From: Gekko japonicus
Lineage: Eukaryota
Direction: 5' to 3'
Assembly: GCF_001447785.1 (NCBI RefSeq)
Contig: NW_015170317.1
Location: 385,884-449,883 of the forward strand
Length of the DNA stretch: 64,000 bases
In this document: positions 13,600 through 27,084 of the stretch, piece after piece
Numbering within the stretch: the stretch's first letter is position 1
Layout of the letters: every line of letters starts with the position of its first letter
Program-made: the position numbers and the translations under genes
Notes under the pieces: generated by a model
Databases searched by the model: none
What the model was told of the DNA's origin: nothing
Seen by the model: the letters and a program-made list of their open reading frames with translations, nothing else

Positions 13600-13960
13600 A
13601 TTTATTTATTATTTTTCATATTTATGTAGGAGTTGCCACCGAGAAAGCCTTGGTCGCAGCTAGTTTAACGTCCTTGGGACCTGGGATGACCATCACATTT
13701 TGGGGGCCCAACCATAGTGCTCTTGGGGGAACATGTGGGGCAAGGCAGTCCCTCAGGTAGGCTGGACCCTGGCAATATAGGCTTTATAGGTAAGAACCAG
13801 CATTTTGAAGCGGATCCGGTACACTATCAGCAGCCAGTGCAGCGCTTTCAGCACAGGCTGAATATGGTCCCTCCGAGAAAGACCCATCAGCAGCCTGGCT
13901 GCAGCATTCTGCACCAGCTGCAGCTTCTGGATCTGCGACAAAGGCAGCACCATGTACAGA
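13600..13960 (-). mobile_element. L2 LINE 3' fragment
   Basis: ORF 13753-14022 QKLQLVQNAAARLL..HIQPVLKALHWL..RIRFK is the L2 ORF2 C-terminal signature; (TTTA)n tail at about 13595-13610. Confidence 0.9.
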
Positions 13961-15230
13961 ATGATGTTCTCTTGGGATTGCAAGATGTTATCATGAGAGG
14001 TTATCTTAAGAGGTGGGTGCATATATTGGATAGTTATATTTAATTGGTGTCTTGACCATCACAGATATGAGTTCCATAGTGCAGTGCATACCACATACAC
14101 CTCCCCTTGTCATATTAGGCATTTTCCTACTTTATATATAATATTGTTCTGTGGAAGAACTGACCTGCCACATACTACATTCCACCAACAGCTGGAAAAG
14201 ATCCCACACCCAATGGGTTTGGACTGAAGAGCAAACTGTGCAAGACTATGTTGTTAAAGTAGCCCTCTTACAACAACACTGCCTTATGGTTAGTTGCAAA
14301 GGTTTAGGCTGTTTTTGTATTTCTGAAACAGTTGATATGCTTACCTAAGCTATTCATAAATTTTGCAGAAAGGCAGACATTCCATTAATTCTCTGTTCAT
14401 CCAGTATGGAAACCTAAATCTCTACCCACTCCATCATATTACAGGTATGTCTTATCTGAATTTACAACAGTGCTCATGACACATTCTGCAACATGATGCT
14501 AGTTAGTTATCCACACTGTAAGCAGGAAATATGCTTACTCTTTTTTTCATTTTCTTTCTTTTTAAAAAACTGGGTTATGAGTGCTTTTCTTCCTGTATGA
14601 GTATTTAAATGTTAGATAATCTATTTCAATTTTAACTCAAGATAAAAGTTTGTGGTGTTTTAAATATGGTTGTATGATCAAATGACCCAACTGTGAGAAA
14701 GGAATAAAATACAGCCTTACTAATAAGATGACTTACTTACAGAAATGCAAGTTTCTGTTCCAAAGAACCCATTAATGATAATCTTTTTACCTGGCTACCT
14801 CAAGTTTCATTATTCAGAAATCATTACTGAAGTGGAATAAATAGAGAGATGTGAATTTAGGAGTATATCATGTGGCAGTTAAATAACTCTCAGTACATCC
14901 TGGCCATGCCCATGTGAACAATTAACCACTAAAATGTGGCAGAAAAGAACTCAGATGTACTGTAACAAATGAGATTAGACATTACTGCCAACAATACAAT
15001 GTGCTGTTATTAGATTAAGATACCAGTAACAACTGTGGGTAAGAAGCATTATTCATGGTGTATAAAATCTACTGTTAAAGTAAACCCTCACAGCTGGCAG
15101 GAATTTTTTAAAAGGATGATTTACTTTATATGCTAAAAATTCAATCAGATTGTGTTTTACAAAGTAAGTATTGAACCAAAACATTTTAGTACCTGAGACA
15201 GAAACTTCACCACCTGTTCACTAACTTAAT

Positions 15231-16481
15231 TAGGGACGAAGACAAACTGGCTCACAAACTAAAGTTCATGGTGAATTTTGGCCGGTTCGTGGTTTGCGAA
15301 CTGAAGTTCGTGGCAGGTCAATCAGCATGAACATTCGAACAGTTCATGGGCAGTTTGCGTAATTTGTGAATGGATACATTTCCAGACTGTCTCTGCTCAA
15401 TCAAAATGTTTACCAAACTTCTTATCAGTTTCAAGAGGTTTCCCCTGCCTTTACCAGTGTTCCTGTGTGTTCACTTGCCATTTTCTTGTAAAGAGCTTGC
15501 AAACCCCCACCCCTTGCTTGGATTTGTGATTCTGTGGTTGACATCAGTTCTTTTAAACTTGTAATGCCAGTGAAATTGGGTTTTTCTGGGCATTCTGCAC
15601 ATTATAACAATTTGTGCTGCACTTGCAAAACCACCCCCTTTGCTTGGATTGTGATTCTGTACTTCGTATTAGTCCTGCTGAGCTGTCATTGCCACAATGG
15701 CACTGAGTTCTGCTGGGCACTAGTAAATTACACTGGTTCTGCTGGGCTTGCAAAAATGTCCCCCTTCAGTTTCTACTGCAGAAATTCTATGGTTTGACCT
15801 CACTCCTGTTGGGTTTGCCCTGCCACAGTGCACTGGACACTGGTTCTGCTGGGCTTGCAAAAATACCCCCCCTTGATTAGATTGTGATTGAGCTGGCATT
15901 GCCACCTTGGCTCTGGTACTGCTTGGCACTCTGTGATTGCACCAGTACAGCTGGGCCTTTTGTACATTGCACTGGTTCTGCTGAATTTGAAAAAAATGTC
16001 ACCCCTTCAGTTTCTACTGCAGTGATTCTCTGGTTTGACCTTAGTCCTGTTGGGTTGGTTTTGCACTGCCACAGTGGAACTGCTGGGCACATTGCACTGG
16101 TTCTTCTGAGCTTGCAAAAATGCCCTCCCTTAAGTTTCTACTGCAGAGATTCACTGGGACTTTGATTCTGTTATGCTGGGCTTCTATTGCCCTTGCTTTT
16201 GTTTCCTGTTTTTTTCCAATGGAGGATGGGGCACCTTCTTTGGGGGAGCATAGCTCAGACCCCATAAAACCAATCCTCACCAAATTTGAGAGTCAGCCAG
16301 AGATCCCCTGTGAGTTTGGTATCTCTAGTACACTGGAGGGGGTGTGTTCTACCATGTCACAAACCTCGCAAACCAAACTGGTTCATTTAGCCCCTAAAAG
16401 TCCATGATAGTTTGTGGCTCATGAACTTGGCATACCACAAACTGAAATGAACCACATTTCCACAGTTTGTGCCCATCCCTA
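15231..16481. mobile_element. Non-autonomous DNA transposon with TAGGGATGGGCACAAAC-type termini and internal ~110-130 bp tandem units
   Basis: Left TAGGGACGAAGACAAACTGG, right GTTTGTGCCCATCCCTA; internal repeats of CACTGGTTCTGCTGGGCTTGCAAAAA..CAGTTTCTACTGCAG; same terminus at 55032. Confidence 0.6.
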
Positions 16482-17235
16482 ACCACAGTAATAAATTAAA
16501 TAACTAACACTGTTGTCATCATTGAATGGTACCTAAAATTCTGCTATTTAGCTATGGTCAAAGGGGAAACACACCTGAAAGTTTACAGCTGAGACACATA
16601 GAATATGAATTTCTCCTTTAAATCTTATGGTATTCCCCGTGTGATCTATGATGGACATTTTAAAAAAAAAAACATTTTATCTGCTTAAAAATGAAGCAGC
16701 CCTGTGGATGGTAGGATACTCCTTGCCACAGATACATGGCTTATAAAGTGAAGGAGAAGGTATGAAACATGACAGGATCAGAGCAGAGAAAAAAGTAGCA
16801 GGGAGGAAGGCTTGTCATTGCCTTTGTGCTGTTGTTTGTTCTGGAGACAAAGCACCAGGAACCACCAAAACCCATTGCCATGGGGAGGGGTAGTCAACAA
16901 GCCCAGGAAACAAAGAAACATGGGGATCAAGCCCCACTGGCCCCAATGAAAATACAGTTAGATAACTGGAAATATCAAAGTGTCTGAAACTGGAACTGTC
17001 AAGTCAATAAGGTGGAGTATGCAACCCATCTTAATCTGTTGGTGTTCTCTTGGAGAAGATGGAGATGAAGACCAACCCTCTATTATGAGACCTTCTTGAA
17101 TAGATGAATGTTCTAAATGATTGAACTTTGAACATATAGGCTTAGATCCTGTGGAAATGTTCAGCTATTGGTGGTGCTTTCCTTCACCAAGAGGAGACAT
17201 CTTCTGATGCAAGAGGCTCTTACACCAGCAGAAAG

Positions 17236-17508
17236 AGAAGAAGATATTGGATTTAGACCCCATCCTTCACTACCCAAATGAGTCTCAGAGTGGCTTACAA
17301 TCCCTTTCCCTTCCCCTCCCGACAATAGACACCCTGTGAGGTAGGTAGGGCTGAGAGAACTCTCCCGAGATCTTCCCTTGACAGAACAGCTCTGAAAGAA
17401 CTTATGACTGATCCAAGGTCACACCAGCAGCTGCATGTGGAGGAGTGGAGAATCAAACCTGGTTCTCCCAAATTAGAGTCTGTGCTCTTTACCACTAAAC
17501 CAAACTGG
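17236..17508 (-). mobile_element. Squam3-type tRNA-derived SINE
   Basis: Minus strand: tRNA-like head CAGTTTGGTTTAGTGGTAAAG..GGTTTGATTC, body CTCACAGGGTGTCT, L2-type tail GTAAGCCACTCTGAG..TCTAAATCCAAT(TCT)n. Confidence 0.85.
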
Positions 17509-17877
17509 TAAGAAAAGAAACCACTACACCAAAAGAAAGATAAGCTAGTGGAACAGATCCATGGGATCCAACCAATGGAAATTTACCAATTAATTAGGAC
17601 TATTTAGCATCATCAGTGCTTCCATTGGATGTACTTTGTCTAGTCACTGGAGGCTGTATTCACATGAACAAAGCTGAGTAGCACCAGTACAGCTGTGGGA
17701 GTTATTCAGGTGTGCATGCTTTAGCTTTGCATTATTCAAACATATTGCATAGGAGTAAACTCCCCTATTTCCCTCATTACAAGGTTAATTGTTAGTGTAC
17801 TCATATTAAGATATCTTGGAGTCCTTTGATGTTCAACTCACTTTGAAGACAAATAGGTGTGTGATAAGTTGCGAAGT

Positions 17878-18229
17878 AGGGTTGGCAAGCATTTCAAATT
17901 GGAACCTGGGACAACATGCTAACATGTTGGGGCTCAAGACCTGGTGAGAGATGTAGATGTTGGTACATCCTTTAAACACTGCTTAGGAGAGGTAGGGGAG
18001 AGGCTATGCACACTTGCACTCTGAGCCCCAAATTCGGGGCTTAGGGTGCAGGCACACAGCCCCCACCTCTCCCCAGCAGCATTTAAACACTGTTGGGAAG
18101 AGGTGGAGAGGAGGCTGGGTGGTTGCTCTTGGGGGCAGGGCTTCCCCCACCTGCCAGCTGGCTGGTGGGTGGGAAGGAGCCTCTCCAAATTGGGATCCCC
18201 TTGTCAAACTGGAGAGTTGGGCAACCCTA
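17878..18229. mobile_element. TAGGGTTGCC-terminated MITE-like repeat (other copies 29510-29714, 38728-39277 nested, 41320-41500, 51430-51640, 62992-63192)
   Basis: Termini AGGGTTGGCA / GGCAACCCTA; internal sequence shared among the listed copies. Confidence 0.55.
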
Positions 18230-18230
18230 G

Positions 18231-18381
18231 TATCAATGGCTACTAGCCATGGCAACTGAAGGCAGTCTCCACATTCAGAGGCAGTAAACATCTGAATAAC
18301 AGCACCATTGTGTGAAACAGGGTGCTGGACTCAATGGACCACTGGTCTGATCCAGTAGGGGTCTTCTTATGTTCTTATGTT
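18231..18381 (+). mobile_element. CR1-type LINE 3' end
   Basis: ATCAATGGCTACTAGCCAT..GGTCTGATCCAG..(TTCTTATG)n tail; reverse complement of the 27085 copy's 3' UTR. Confidence 0.8.
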
Positions 18382-18671
18382 AACAGATAACTGGTCCAAA
18401 AGTGAGAAATTAAACATTAACACTTTGCCTTTTACTCTTTACTTGCCAATGAATTAATTTTGCTAGTGAAAAAAATGGAGGCAATTAGGTCTTAGCACCC
18501 ACGTGGCAGCAAAATGAACAAAATGGGTCCATTGTATAACTCTAGGAATCAACTAAGTCCACACTTTAAAAGAAAAGTTTCTTTGGTCAGAGGTTTAGTA
18601 GGATTAGAAGCCACAACTTCAGGAACATAAAATGGAATAAATAAATAAAAATGATAGCTAGGAAGAATGAG

Positions 18672-19367
18672 AAAAATGCTTTGCTTCAGTGATCTAGGGT
18701 GCACAGTTATAAAGAAGACGTTTAGAGACAGAAATTTCGTTTGCCAAGAGGACTGTGGCATGATAGCATCCATTTTCTCTGGCACCTTCTTATTCTTTGA
18801 AACTCCTCAGCAATTTTCTAGGCCCTTCCGTCAAATGCCCAAGCAGAGAAAGTCCATCCTACGCAGTGTAAAAGAACATTTGAGAATTCTGCCATGGAAA
18901 ACTTAAAGCAAATATTAATATCTTCCTTCCAAATTCTGAAGAGAGTTATACTGATCATTTAGCAGGGCATTATAGAAAAGTAGTTACTTGGTATATACAT
19001 GGAAGCAAATTACCACATGAAAAAATGCTTTGCTTCAGTGATCTAGGGTGCACAGTTATAAAGAAGACGTTTAGAGACAGAAATTTCGTTTGCCAAGAGG
19101 ACTGTGGCATGATAGCATCCATTTTCTCTGGCACCTTCTTATTCTTTGAAACTCCTCAGCAATTTTCTAGGCCCTTCCGTCAAATGCCCAAGCAGAGAAA
19201 GTCCATCCTACGCAGTGTAAAAGCACATTTGAGAATTCTGCCATGGAAAACTTAAAGCAAATATTAATATCTTCTTTCCAAATTCTGAAGAGAATTATAC
19301 TGATCATTTAGCAGGGCATCATAGAAAAGTAGTTACTTGGTGTATACATGGAAGCAAATTACCACAT
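18672..19367 (+). repeat. Head-to-tail tandem duplication, 349-bp period
   Basis: Copies start at 18672 and 19021; about 5 substitutions; explains the twin ORFs 18667 and 19025. Confidence 0.95.
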
Positions 19368-20092
19368 AAATGTAGTCATTGCTGCTTGTCCATAGAAAAG
19401 GCATTCTGGCTCCCCCCCTCGACACTTTCATTCCTAAAACAGCATCTTGATTCCAGATGCTGCAAACCATCTACTATGGCACTAGTTTTAAATCATTGTT
19501 AAATAGTACAACGGTTGTATTAACAGGCCAACCATTAACTGTGGCCTATGCTAATGATGAACAGCAAAAACACAGCAATTACTTAGAACTATACGTGCAA
19601 ATGGTCCCAAGTCTCACAACCAACCGGTAATATGTAAGAATTAATTTTTAATCTTGCTTTTACATTATAGGCTAAAGGTTAAGTGAAAGGCTGTTGCAAA
19701 TTAAGACTTTTCTTCCCTTGTTTTTCCTTGACAAGGATAATAAATAGATCCCTATAGGATGGAATGAGACAGTCCACATAGTAATAAAAATATAATGCTT
19801 CTGTAAAATCCTTGTAAAACCTGAATCATCTGGGGCTGTGAACATTTTACAAACTGTTGCCTTTATTGTGTGTGCTTGTTTGCTTGAAAATTTATATAAC
19901 CCAAACGAACACAGGTCTATGTTCACAAAACTACCAAGGCAGGAATGGCCTATTCCGGTTGAGTGTTTTGAGTCCCAACTTTTTACTTGTATTTGCTGCT
20001 TTGTTGCCTAGCCCCTATTACTCTGCACACATTTCAACTGGTAGTGCAAATTTAGTCCCCAGTGGTCAGGCAACAACATCTAATAGACTTTT

Positions 20093-20176
20093 TCAAGAGT
20101 CCAGTAGGACCTTAAAGACTAACAAAATTTGTGTTAGGGTATAAGCTTTCTTGAGTCACTGCTCACTTCTTCAGAT
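20093..20176 (-). mobile_element. Penelope-derived repeat, left half, carrying a minimal hammerhead ribozyme core
   Basis: Minus strand 20176-20141: AT CTGAAGA AGTGAGCAGTGACTCAA GAAA GCTTAT; inverted right half at 20774-20852. Confidence 0.7.
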
Positions 20177-20195
20177 GTGACTTATGAAACCTCAT

Positions 20196-20773
20196 TTGTT
20201 GTTGTTCAGTCGCACAGTCGAGTCCGACTCTTCGCGACCCCATGGACCAGATCATGCCAGGCCTCCTTGTCTTCCACTGTCCTCTGAAGTTTGCTCAATT
20301 TCATGTTCGTTGCATCTATGACACTGTCTAACCATCTCATCCTTTGCCATCCCAGTTTTCTTTGACCTTCAATCTTTCCCAGCATCAGGGTCTTCTCCAG
20401 TGAGTGCTCCCTTATCATTTGGTGGCCAAAGTATTTGAGCTTCATTTTCATTATCTGGCCTTCCAGGGAACAGTCAGGGTTGATTTCTTTTAGGATTGAC
20501 TGATTTGATCTTCTTGCAGTCCAAGGGACTCTCAAGAGTCTTCTCCAGCACCATAGTTCAAAAGAATCTATTCTTCGGCGCTCGGCCTTCCTTATAGTCC
20601 AGCTCTCACAGCCATACATGACTACTGGGAATACCATTGCTTTGACCATGCGGACTTTTGTTGGCAGGGTGATGTCTCTACTTTTTATCATGCTGTTTAG
20701 GTTCACCATCGCTTTCCTCCCAAGGAGCAGGCATCTTTTAATTTAATGGCTGCTGTCACAGTCTGCGGTGATC
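20196..20773 (-). mobile_element. BovB (RTE) LINE, 5'-truncated, 3' end intact
   Basis: ORF 20206-20709 SRDITLPTKVRMVKAMVFPVVMYGCESWTIRKAERRRID..LEKTLMLGKIEG; (CAA)n tail; sits between the two halves of a Penelope repeat. Confidence 0.95.
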
Positions 20774-23246
20774 TGCCACAAATTTTATTAGTCTTTAAGG
20801 TGCTACTGGACTCTTGCTCTTTTCTGCTGCTGCAGACTAACACGGCTACCCATTTTAATAGACTTTTGTTTTTAATCTTTTGTTTCTTTTGTTGTTAATT
20901 ACAATAATTATGAAAATAGGGTGTTATATAAAAAAATTAAATTCCCCATCTAAACAGCCAATAATGAAAAAAGCCCATGGTTTGCTTCACCCCCGCCCCA
21001 TTTCTTCTGTTATTGCAGTCTTGCTCCTCTCTCACTCAACTGGTTTCACTTATACAAGGCAGCCAGTGTTTTCCTAATAAGGCCAGAGGCTCTGTGTTGG
21101 CTTGATGGACTGCAAGCATAGCCTCTAGGATTAAATACATGTGTGAAGTATTCCAATCCTGAAGGCTATGGGGTGGGAGTGTCTCCTCTCAGTGCCTGCC
21201 CTGCTGTGCCAAATTTTATTTTAGTCTGTGCTCCCATTATCCTGCTGCTCTACAAATTTTATCCCTTGTCAAAGCAAATCTACCTGAATGTCCTCCTGTT
21301 TACCTGAATGCCCTGTGCTCCTGCCACCAAATGGCATTGCCTTGTCAGTCTGCCTGGAAAAGATGGCATGAAGAAGTTTAGGCAGTCCCCCCGCCCCTAA
21401 ATTTCCAAACTGGAAATAAAATGTTTAAAAAGTAGCTACCCGGTACATTATACATAGACATTCATTATGTAGGGGGGGAAATTAAAGGACTAGAAAGAAT
21501 ATGAATTTCATTAATAATCTCCTTTGTCTTAAAAGCTACGGAATTATACGCAGGCTAAAGGAATGTGACTTTAAAGAATCGTCATATATATTGTGACTCA
21601 AGCACAGATGCTTAGCTTCATTTGATTTATTTGTAGTTCTTAAATTCTTTCTATCTTCCAAAGACTATGCTCATTAATATGCAGTTGTATAAGCTTGAGA
21701 ACATTGTGTTAATTGGCTAATCAATCAAAGAACTTTCATTTATTCCACATACTCAGAAGATGTATGGGAGTCATTTTAATGTTTAGCAAATAACTTTAAG
21801 CAAAATCCAAGAGGCAGTCAACTCAAAATAAACACTGAGTTCCTTGAAACTGAATATACCAAGCTTTTTATTTAATATTTGATCATTAAATACTGTTTGG
21901 CAATTGCATTAAACCTCATTATAATGCAGTGTATAAATGACATACATACAGACATATGGTTTCTACATATGGGCATGCTGCAATTAATGTTGGAAGCTGT
22001 AATTTGCCTTTTACTTGCATTACTTTATCTATGCTATCTGTGTTAACTCTGCTCTTTACACTGATGAGACATGCATATCATTTTGGTAAAATTGCACTTT
22101 ATTCATATTGATGTCTACACCTAATAGATGAACATTAAAGATACAGATGCAAAGTTTATAGTTAACAACAATTTAGAGGGCAAATTCTCTTACTATTATA
22201 AGAGAGAATGAACTGATCACAGTGGGGAAAAATACATTTTTTGTGTGTGTCTAGTTGGCCATGACATATGCAATAAAACCAAATAATGTTTCGATAAATA
22301 TAAGGGATTTACTTATTGTTGTGCTGGAATAGTATTTCTTTAACCTTGATGATCTTACTACTGACCCTACCATTCTGGTTCCCAAGTCTGTGAAACATGC
22401 ATTTATGTGTCAGCGACAATACAAATTAAATCACATATATTTGCTTTTGTTCTGTGTACATAGATTACTTAGGTTTTCCACAAATTTGCAGGATAGCAAA
22501 AAAAACCCAACAATCCAAGTTTCAAAAAGATTGGACCAGGGGACTCAATTCTATGGACCCCCCAAGAAGATGCCTTCATCATCCATTTTTTCAATGAAAG
22601 GGCAAAAAAGGCTTTCTGCAAGCCACATGGCACACACGTGAACTCCAAATGTGTTTAAAGGTCTCACTGTCCCTTTAAACACTTTCTCCAAGTGGCAAAT
22701 TCCCCTTGAAGGCATTTAAAGGGACTAAAATCCCTTTAAATGTCGTTTAATTTCAACTATTTGGTGGTCCTGAAAAAACCTGAATAAATTTTCAGAATTT
22801 TTAAGTTTTGTCCATTTTGGATAGCTGAAATTCAGCCCCAATCATTATCTGGCTTAAAAAGTACCCGAAAAACACTGGTAATGCACACCACTAATAAGTA
22901 AAAAAAATTCTCTAGCAGTGGATTGGAAACTGACTCCTAGATTATACTTCATCATCTGGGAGTTGGCTTCTGATGGCTGCAAATAGTCTGTACTGCAAGT
23001 ATATGCAGATTGTAAATAGTCAAACTGCCTATCCTCCTCCTCATACAGGCAGGTGTATACTGATTCCCTCATCCTGCTGACTCCTCTTTTCAAGTCTGGT
23101 AAAAAAATACATTTTAAGTTTAGATTTTGTTGCCTGTCCTATAATTGGGGCCAGAATCAGTCCCCAAAGTATGCTTTTGTGTTCCCAGAATTTACAGGCA
23201 TGTGATGTTCCCCACTTTCCCCCCTTTCTGGATTATTGCCTGCCTA

Positions 23247-23269
23247 CACACACACACACACACACACAC
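23247..23269. repeat. (CA)n microsatellite (others: (TG)n ~26032 and ~31688, (CT)n ~36684, (TTG/CTG)n ~43278)
   Basis: Directly visible. Confidence 0.9.
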
Positions 23270-23937
23270 CAAATATTGAATTATTTAAAAGAGAGAAAGA
23301 GAAATAACTAAAACAAGTAATCTTGGTATTCTGGATTCATGCATACTCACCTTGCTGAGTGAGAGAAGTAACTGTGAGGTATGCACAAATAGGTATTTGC
23401 CATCCAGTTGGCTGAATTAATAGGAAATGCAAAACCATAAGGAATAGTGAAATGCAAAACCATAAGGAAATGACTCTCACATACCTGGCTCTGTTCTGAA
23501 GACTGAATAGAAAATTTAAACAAGCACATGGCTTCTTGTTCATTGTTCAGTTCAGTTCTTCACATAGTTGGGAAGCAACACCAAATCAAAAGACTGACTG
23601 CTCTCCAAGACCAACTGCTCTCCATTGGCCAAGCAGCCTCCTATCACCATATAAGTGTTAATCTTAAAGAGAAAGGTAGATCCCAAATAATTTTGCAAGC
23701 CCTGGCTCCTACAGTTAGAAAACAGCAAAGCTAATATTGTGCCTTTCTCCCTCACAAATTTCAGCCTCATCTGGAAAATGATCCTCTCCAGAAAACAAAG
23801 AGGATAGTAACCCCAGAAAGCAAATCCTGTTTTTTATTGTTGCAATAAAAAATTGTAACAACAGCTCTGTTGACTCATCTTAACGTCTACCATAGTAATT
23901 AGGCATGGAAAAAACCACATTTCCTTACTGTGGGAGG

Positions 23938-24287
23938 TAGTAAAGGTAAAGGTTCCCTTGCTCGAAAGCCAGTCGAATCCGACTCTAGGGTTGTGGTGCT
24001 CATCTCCGTTTCAAAGCCGAAGAGCCAGCGCTATCCGAAGATGTTTCCGTGGTCATGTGGCTGGCATGACTAAACACCAAGGCGCACGGAACGCTGTTAC
24101 CTTCCCACCGAAGTGGTACCTATTTATCTACTTGCAATTTCTATCTCTCGAACTGCTAGGTTGGCAGGAGCTGGAACTAGAGATGGGAGCTCACTCCATC
24201 ATGCGGCACCCGGGTCTCGAACTGCTGAACTACTGACCTTCCACAGCCTGCAGTTCAGCATCTTAACCACTTGAGCCACCACAGCTC
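23938..24287 (-). mobile_element. Sauria SINE (Squam1), full length
   Basis: Head GGAGCTGTGGTGGCTCAAGTGGTTAAG, (ACCTTT)n tail, TSD TCCTTACTGTGGGAGG (23922-23937 / 24286-24301). Confidence 0.92.
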
Positions 24288-24679
24288 CTTACTGTGGGAG
24301 GACAGTAGTCTAAATTCTGTTAAACTTTGTCCCAGGCACTGGCTTGTGCTGCTATAACAACTACAGCAAGGGCTAGGATGAAGCTATATAAAATATTTAA
24401 AGGAAGTTCTGTTGTTTGAAAGTTCCATAAAATCTAGGGAGATGGAAATAATAGGCCTTGAAATGGTGTGCCTGTTCTGGCTCTATCACACAGTATCAAA
24501 GGAAAACAGATTTTGTCCTTGGATGAAGGCAGCAATCCTTTGCACCCTTTGCACCAAATAGGAGTTCTCACCAAATAAATATATTCAGGATCATGCTGCA
24601 CAAGCAATAGGACATTATAATGCCCACCCTTAATGTTTACATTATTGTTCTAAACATTAGTGTAATGGGAATAATCATA

Positions 24680-25145
24680 GGCTGAGTTCAGACTGGCAGT
24701 TTGAAGCGGAAGGGAGTTGTGGCAAAAAAAAGACCCGGAACAAATTGTCCCGGGTTTTCTCATTCAAAATGCATCGACTGATGCGGAAGCATACCGGGAG
24801 GAGGCGCAAGGGAGCATTCACACTGTTGGCCCGGAGGCACAGCTATATGGCGCGGCTTTCTTTTTGGTAATATGGAGATATGCGCTTATATATGCATAAG
24901 CACACAAGAAAAATGCGGCTTTTGGCATTCACACTTTGTTGGTGCGGGATAATCATGCTTTCCAGGGTTTGATACCACTTTCACCTGGTATCTTTTAAAC
25001 TTGGGAGGGAAGCGTTACAAGACGGGTTGAGTACGGCTGGGGAACGCTGGACAGATGTGCCTGTGTGAACGGCCCCTTTAATCCAGCTGTGGAACGTTTC
25101 TGAAACGTGCCTATATTGGGGCAAATTGCCAGTCTGAACTCGGCC
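24680..25145. mobile_element. PIF/Harbinger-type MITE
   Basis: 24-bp TIRs GGCTGAGTTCAGACTGGCAGTTTG / CAAATTGCCAGTCTGAACTCGGCC; 3-bp TSD ATA. Confidence 0.8.
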
Positions 25146-27084
25146 ATAGTAATTCCATGCCCGTTGAAATCAGTAAGATTTATTTCTAAATCAACAGTCT
25201 TAGAATTTGTATAGGTATAGCCAAGGCTTCACTTGACCCAGCATGGCTTCAGGCTGCAAGCCATGTATGGTTGAGACACAGGAGGAGTTGGTTTATAATG
25301 ACACCATTGCAGGGTGAAGGTTTTACACTCTTCTAGATAAGGTACATCTTCCGCTGAAGGGATGGGTTTGCAGCTTGTGGGTAATGTTACATCCAGAATT
25401 ACCAGCGGAGATGCAGATCTTATCTGTTGTATATACTACCTTTAGCCAGTTTCAGTTCCAGGTGAGAAATGCAAATAATAGTGGCTAATAATATCTGTAG
25501 AAGAACGAAGGCATAGGTATTCTCTCAGGGAATATTCAAACAATAAGTGCCCCATGCTTTTCAAGCAGAGGTCTTTGTCAGGGCAAATCAATATAAATCT
25601 TTGATTATTTAACTTGAGATGTATATCTGATTATTGAATGAGTCCTCAGTTTAGAAATATATGCAAAGTGGGCTGTTACCTAAGGTCTGAATTTACCAGC
25701 CATTTTGGAAGTTAAAAAAAGAAATCACATATATTCTACTAAATTTCAATTTTCTTCTCTAGAATCTTGAAACAATTAGTGTTATTACCTGAAACGACTG
25801 GTGACTGTTACTGCAGTCTTCAAAGCATGCATGTAAATGTGGAGCTCCATTATGAGAAGTAAGATCAATGCAGAGATCTTCTAAGGAATTCCACACACCC
25901 CATTGGTTCCACGTGGTGTATTAACCACATTGCTTAAGTTCTAATGTATGGTAATGGCATGCATTTAGAAGCCATGTAACATATATGCAGATGAATGTAT
26001 TGTTTAGCAGTCAAATACTGGGGAAATGATGGTGTGTGTGTGTGTAGAAGGGACAATAAGAAACAAAACAGACACTGAGTTTCCAAGGATAATCTCTGAA
26101 AGTCTGTAAACAAGTCTTAAATTGTGACAGAGATGAATACTGTGTCTTCAAAGGAAACTGAAAGGCCAGGAGGCAAGGAAAAAAGGCCAATTAATTGGAT
26201 TCCAAGAGAAAAGTCACCCCATAGTCACATTCAGCAAAGGGTATATAACAATGCCTGAAACTGGATGAGATGGATTAATGCAGTAGAAAGGTAACAGCAG
26301 GTGGCAAGCATATATCTCAGTGGCACGAGACATTGACATAGTCATCAGGAATGAAATCATCAACTGGTGGCAGCTTGTTAGAAAAAACACATCTCTCTCT
26401 TACGGGATGGCAAAGGGAATCATTGGAGTCTGAAATGAGGGCTACTCTCCTGGACAGGTGCAATTAAAGGAGAATGACATTGAAATCATGTTCCATAATG
26501 TGACACTATTAGGCACCCTTGCGTCAGTTGGATAAAATCAAATTATGCTTTCTGTATCAAAGTCTTTTAGGCCATAAGAAATACCCAATGTGTGAAGATC
26601 TTAGAGAGTCACCCTTAAAATGAAAAAAGAAAGAAAAACCTACGTAAAATCATTAAGCAGGAGCCAAATATGCCACTTTAAATCCAAATTAAGCAAGGTC
26701 TGACTTTGCCCAACATTAGGGACAATTCTGAATTTGTCTTCCCTACTGATTTCAGTTTAAAGGTAAGCATCAGCCAGTCTTTGTTTACTCATATTGGATT
26801 TTCCCCATTAAATGCACACGAGGTATTATTTTTGTGTCAACTGCACACAAATGGAGTATAATGTACAAGCAGGGTGGCCAGGTTGCTTGCTTTGGAGGGC
26901 AACCTCCCACCATCTATCTTGGTCCCTTGCTGCTGCTTGATACAGCAGTGAGGGGAAAATGGAAGGACAGGGAAAATGGCATCCTGCAGTATCACAATAT
27001 CACTTCCAGGTGCATAAACTGAAGTGACATTGTTGCATAGCAGGAATATCCAGGATTTCCTCAGAACTCTATAGTTTTTACATT

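Noticed and set aside
15560-16150. Repeat units with variable intervening sequence that look CRISPR-like
   Set aside because: Eukaryotic context; degenerate internal tandem repeats of a DNA transposon with related rather than unique spacers, and no cas genes
23351-23510. Minus-strand donor AAG|GTGAGT and nearby acceptor
   Set aside because: An isolated signal with no recognisable coding content; expected by chance in 64 kb
25337-25461. Plus-strand open segment ending CAG|GTGAGA
   Set aside because: The peptide is unrecognised and no partner exons were found
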